Positions 61,877 through 64,000 of a DNA stretch of 64,000 bases are shown piece by piece; position 1 is the stretch's first letter, and the number at the start of each line of letters is the position of its first letter. This stretch comes from Oculina patagonica (taxonomy: Eukaryota). Made by a program: the position numbers and the translations under genes. The notes beneath the pieces were generated by a model that was given only the letters and a program-made list of their open reading frames with translations, ran no database searches and was not told the origin of the DNA. The stretch spans positions 992,001 to 1,056,000 of the forward strand of contig NC_135759.1 in the NCBI RefSeq assembly GCF_052425735.1, in the 5' to 3' direction.

Positions 61877-63610
61877 GTAAGTACACAGAAATTATGCTTT
61901 ACTAAGAATCCATCTATCACTCATCCATTCATCCATCCATCCCGCCCTCTCTCCCTCCGTCCGTCTGTCCGACCAGCCAGACAGCCAGCCAGTAACCTAT
62001 CAAAACAACCAGTTATTCGACCAGCCAGCCTCAGCCGGCCAGCCGTAATCCGACAGCCAGCAAGCATACAGCAACTGACTTAAGAGCAAGCCTGCAGCCA
62101 CTCGCTTGCTGCGAGTGGGTGCCTGGCTTATTTTATTCACCTCGCATTTTATTATGATTGAATTTTTAATTTTCAGCAGTCCAGGAGTCAATGGATTTGA
62201 AATTTTCTTTTATTTAAAATTCGTTGCGTAAGAAAATATAAAAATTTATTTCAAACATTACGCCCGCTTTGGCGTAATGGTCGTGAAGCAAATCTTTCAA
62301 AAACGAGAACTTCTGAAGTTATGGAAAGGGCTGAAGTGTTTTGTAATATTTTTGCGCTAACAGGTTCTGAAAACCGATACCTAATATAAAAATCTAATAA
62401 AAGAAGAACCAATCTTCGTAAAAATAATAATGAAATGCAATCAAAACATAGCTTATGACTTATTATTATTTCAGTAGGTGACTTAAACCTGTCACTTTTA
62501 TGCAGTTTTGTTCTCTAAGAATTGTCAGTGTTCAAAACTTGAGGCAACTAGTATTTTTTTGGCTTTTGAAATAATTGTTTTTATTCTCCAAATCCATAAT
62601 AATATTTGAACAAAATTGTCTCGTATTCAACAGCGAAGTGATAAGCCACGGTTTATAATTTTAATACAACGATAAGAAAATTTAATAGAGGACGATGGCG
62701 TTTCTCGTGTTTGAGTTTCGTACATTGTTCAGTCAGATTTATTTTGAATTAAGAAGACATGCAAGAACAGACTTCCAGTAGTAATGACAAACATGATAAA
62801 AAGTGAGTTTACATTTCTATATCAGAAAGGACAACAAAGCTACAAAGCCACGCTGATTGTAAAGACTTCATTTGCAATCTTGACAAGTTTATTTCAATTA
62901 TTTATTCAACTTTGAAGTGAAAGACCTCAAAATAATAAACACCAAGTAGGTATTTCTTTATGTGAAGGTAAATACAGCGATACCCCTATATAAAGAAGTG
63001 TCAAGGGACTGGAAAAATATGTTTACGGGTGCTGGTTAGAAGTGCATGGCTCGTTCTAACGTCGTCGTGGGAAAACGGCCAGCTGAAGAACATCGTTTAT
63101 AATGCTGGGGACATTATTATCATGGGGTTCGTTATGTCAGTTTCAAAAGCTACAGTAATTGTAAAGAACTCATTTCCTATTTAAGCATGTTTGGCAACTA
63201 CCCTGAGGGCTAAGGTGAATTTTAATTAACAATATAACCCTTTCTACTATAAGCAACATCATCATTTAAAAAAAAAGTGACATAAAAAAACATGACATCT
63301 GGTGGTTTCTTACAATCTAAAGACGATTTCAATCAGTCAGCTGATCAAAGGCACCAAGGATATAAAGGTCTACCAATTTTTGACGATATCAAAAAACCTT
63401 CTGAACCGAAAAAGATTCTGGCCCGCTTTATGAAAATGACTCGAATTTAAATTACGTGTTGATTTTAACCAGACAGAAAGTGACCCATACGGACACGATC
63501 CACGGAGCAACTCTAGACTTTTAAAAGACATTGCTGGTTTCGCCATGGCTACCAAGGTCCACTGATTATAAAACGTTTTTGAAAATCAATAATCAAGCAA
63601 GTTCCTCGTC

Positions 63611-64000
63611 ATGAAATCGCATGGTGGCCAAATAATGGCTTTTACACAGAGAAGTGCGATGACCAACGAACCAAACGCACACGATCCAAGAAGCAAAGAC
63701 ATCAAAGATGAAGACTCGAACGCCGACAATGGTGAAATGGAAAAATTTAAGTCTTTCACACAGGACACAACTTTACACGGTGCCAGATTTTTGTTCGCTG
63801 ACAACTGTTTCAGAAGACTGTTATGGACTGTGGCAGTTGTCGCATGCCTCGGTTACTGTGGTTACCAAGTTTGCACATGTGTGAATGAATTTTACAAGCG
63901 GCCCTTCAACACGAAAATAACAACACACATCGGTAAAGAAAGCAGCGAGCTTCTCTTCCCAGCTGTAACACTGTGCAATCTCAATGCCTTCAACGCTCGA
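63611..64000 (+). CDS. DEG/ENaC copy 11, 5' part of exon 1 (runs off window)
   Basis: Open frame MKSHGGQIMAFTQ...FTQDTTLHGARFLFADNCFRRLLWTVAVVACLGYCGYQV...RPFNTKIT...FPAVTLCNLNAFNAR; alternative ATG at 63635. Confidence 0.88.
   Translation, partial: MKSHGGQIMAFTQRSAMTNEPNAHDPRSKDIKDEDSNADNGEMEKFKSFTQDTTLHGARFLFADNCFRRLLWTVAVVACLGYCGYQVCTCVNEFYKRPFNTKITTHIGKESSELLFPAVTLCNLNAFNAR

Overview
AT-rich eukaryotic (animal) genomic DNA, probably cnidarian/stony coral (inferred from repeat types, not proven). The window is a head-to-tail (+ strand) tandem array of at least 11 paralogous DEG/ENaC/ASIC-superfamily ion-channel genes. They share a 6-exon plan with GT-AG junctions: a ~0.9 kb exon 1 (HG motif, TM1, FPAVTLCN, GKCFTFN), then exons of 163, 63, 226, 92 and ~140 nt (thumb cysteines, TM2 GNLGGTFGLFLGMS). 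Five copies (3, 4, 6, 7, 8) have intact ORFs of 522-543 aa. Copies 1 and 2 are frameshifted, copy 5 has lost TM2 and its HG motif, copies 9 and 10 are exon-1-only relics, and copy 11 runs off the window end. The non-coding DNA records the array's history: a ~15 kb two-gene duplication that made a chimeric copy, exon-1 mosaicism, an intronic inversion, an antisense exon-4 fragment and nested transposons (LINE and Penelope fragments, Tc1/pogo, hAT and TTAA MITEs, palindromic elements). No prokaryotic features, CRISPR arrays, rRNA or tRNA genes were found.
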